Shown: positions 60,769 through 61,536 of the stretch, piece by piece
How the letters are laid out: every line of letters starts with the position of its first letter
Numbering within the stretch: position 1 is the stretch's first letter
NCBI GenBank assembly: GCA_029054825.1
Contig: JAIDEM010000116.1
Location: 1 to 61,536 of the forward strand
Length of the DNA: 61,536 bases
Direction of reading: 5' to 3'
Source: Prevotella sp.
GTDB lineage: Bacteria; Bacteroidota; Bacteroidia; Bacteroidales; Bacteroidaceae
Made by a program: the position numbers and the translations under genes
The notes under the pieces: model-generated
What the model saw: only the letters and a program-made list of their open reading frames with translations
Database searches by the model: none
What the model was told of the DNA's origin: nothing

Positions 60769-61536
60769 TTATCTCACAATTACCTTCTTGCCGTTTATGA
60801 TATTGACACCTCGCTTTGGAGCGTTAAGCCTGTTACCGCGGAGATCATAATAACTGTCAGCGACATTCGTATCGTCATGATTCACATCATCTATTCCCGT
60901 TGGAGAGAACTCTTGCAGATGCCAGAAATCTTTCCATGTATCCGCACTCTGATATGCGGACAATGATCCCTGAGGTACATAAACATTCATTGTCATATAT
61001 TGATTAGTAGTAAAATTACCATAATTTATGGATACAGGAGTAGGATTAAGGATATACAAATCTGTAAGACCAGAGCAACCACTGAACGCATAGGAGTCTA
61101 TAGAAGTCACAGAGTTACCTATTATGACACTCGTAAGACCAGAGCAACCATAGAACGCTCTGTATGCTATAGAAGTCACAGAGTTCGGAATAACAACACT
61201 CGTAAGACCAAAGCAACCATGGAACGCTTCGAAGTCTATATAAGTCACAGAGTTACCTATTATGACTCTCGTAAGACTAGAGCAACCAGAGAACGTTCCG
61301 ACGCCTATAGAAGTCACAGAGTTCGGAATAACAACACTCGTAAGACTAGAGCAATAACAGAACGCTTCGCCACCTATAGAAGTCACAGAGTTCGGAATAA
61401 CAACACTCGTAAGACCTGAGCAACCATAGAACGCACCGTCGTCTATAGAAGTCACAGAGCTCGGAATAACAACACTCGTAAGACCTGAGCAACCAAAGAA
61501 CGCCCAGGGGCCTATAGAAGTCACAGAGTTACCTAT
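60769..61536 (-). CDS. BspA-type leucine-rich repeat surface protein with T9SS C-terminal domain (5' end outside window)
   Basis: Seven 23-aa units SIxxxAFxGCSGLTSVVIPNSVT, VYVPQGS..YQSADTWKDF cap, PTGI..YYDLRG..GVNIINGKKVIVR. Confidence 0.9.
   Translation of the reverse strand: MGNSVTSIGPWAFFGCSGLTSVVIPSSVTSIDDGAFYGCSGLTSVVIPNSVTSIGGEAFCYCSSLTSVVIPNSVTSIGVGTFSGCSSLTRVIIGNSVTYIDFEAFHGCFGLTSVVIPNSVTSIAYRAFYGCSGLTSVIIGNSVTSIDSYAFSGCSGLTDLYILNPTPVSINYGNFTTNQYMTMNVYVPQGSLSAYQSADTWKDFWHLQEFSPTGIDDVNHDDTNVADSYYDLRGNRLNAPKRGVNIINGKKVIVR
61045..61536 (-). repeat. 69-bp tandem repeats encoding the LRR units
   Basis: Recurrent ctatagaagtcacagagttcggaataacaacactcgtaagac on + strand at a 69-bp period. 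Confidence 0.9.

Noticed and set aside
60769-61536. LRR variability as a diversity-generating retroelement
   Set aside because: No reverse transcriptase or template/variable repeat pair in the window

Overview
This is a 61.5-kb chromosomal segment from a Bacteroidota organism, most likely Prevotella-like. The assignment rests on TAnnTTTG -7 promoter boxes, a SusC/SusD pair, T9SS C-terminal domains and Bacteroidales gene order. Most of it is housekeeping: argS, RNase H, 2-oxoacid:ferredoxin oxidoreductase alpha/beta, upp/pckA, porG-uppS-bamA-3x skp-murI, tsaB-DUF4290-murA-rimM-dxr-rseP, yicC-gmk-nadD, a PhoB/PhoR-like pair with a phosphate transporter, and gyrB-gpmI-ung. Accessory content is a probable pectin PUL (GH28, MATE, SusC, SusD, lipoprotein), a surface-modification cluster (EptA-like, two acyltransferases, UbiA-type phosphoribosyltransferase, HAD) and a BspA-type LRR gene running off the right edge. 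I recognised no rRNA, tRNA, CRISPR-cas, transposase or integrase. The most unusual signal is non-coding: five intergenic arrays, 10-15 kb apart, each with four copies of a 13-bp palindrome (AARGGTNACCYTT) at exactly 22-bp spacing with variable 9-bp spacers. There are also unrelated 22-bp-period repeats and polarised 7/8/9-bp intergenic repeats. Other candidates are an orphan ~144-nt sRNA with a 20-bp perfect inverted repeat at its promoter, an in-frame TAG splitting the GH28 gene, a REP doublet that supplies the nadD ATG, and a 40-aa type-I-toxin-like ORF absent from the ORF track. All protein identities come from motif recognition and synteny, not database searches.
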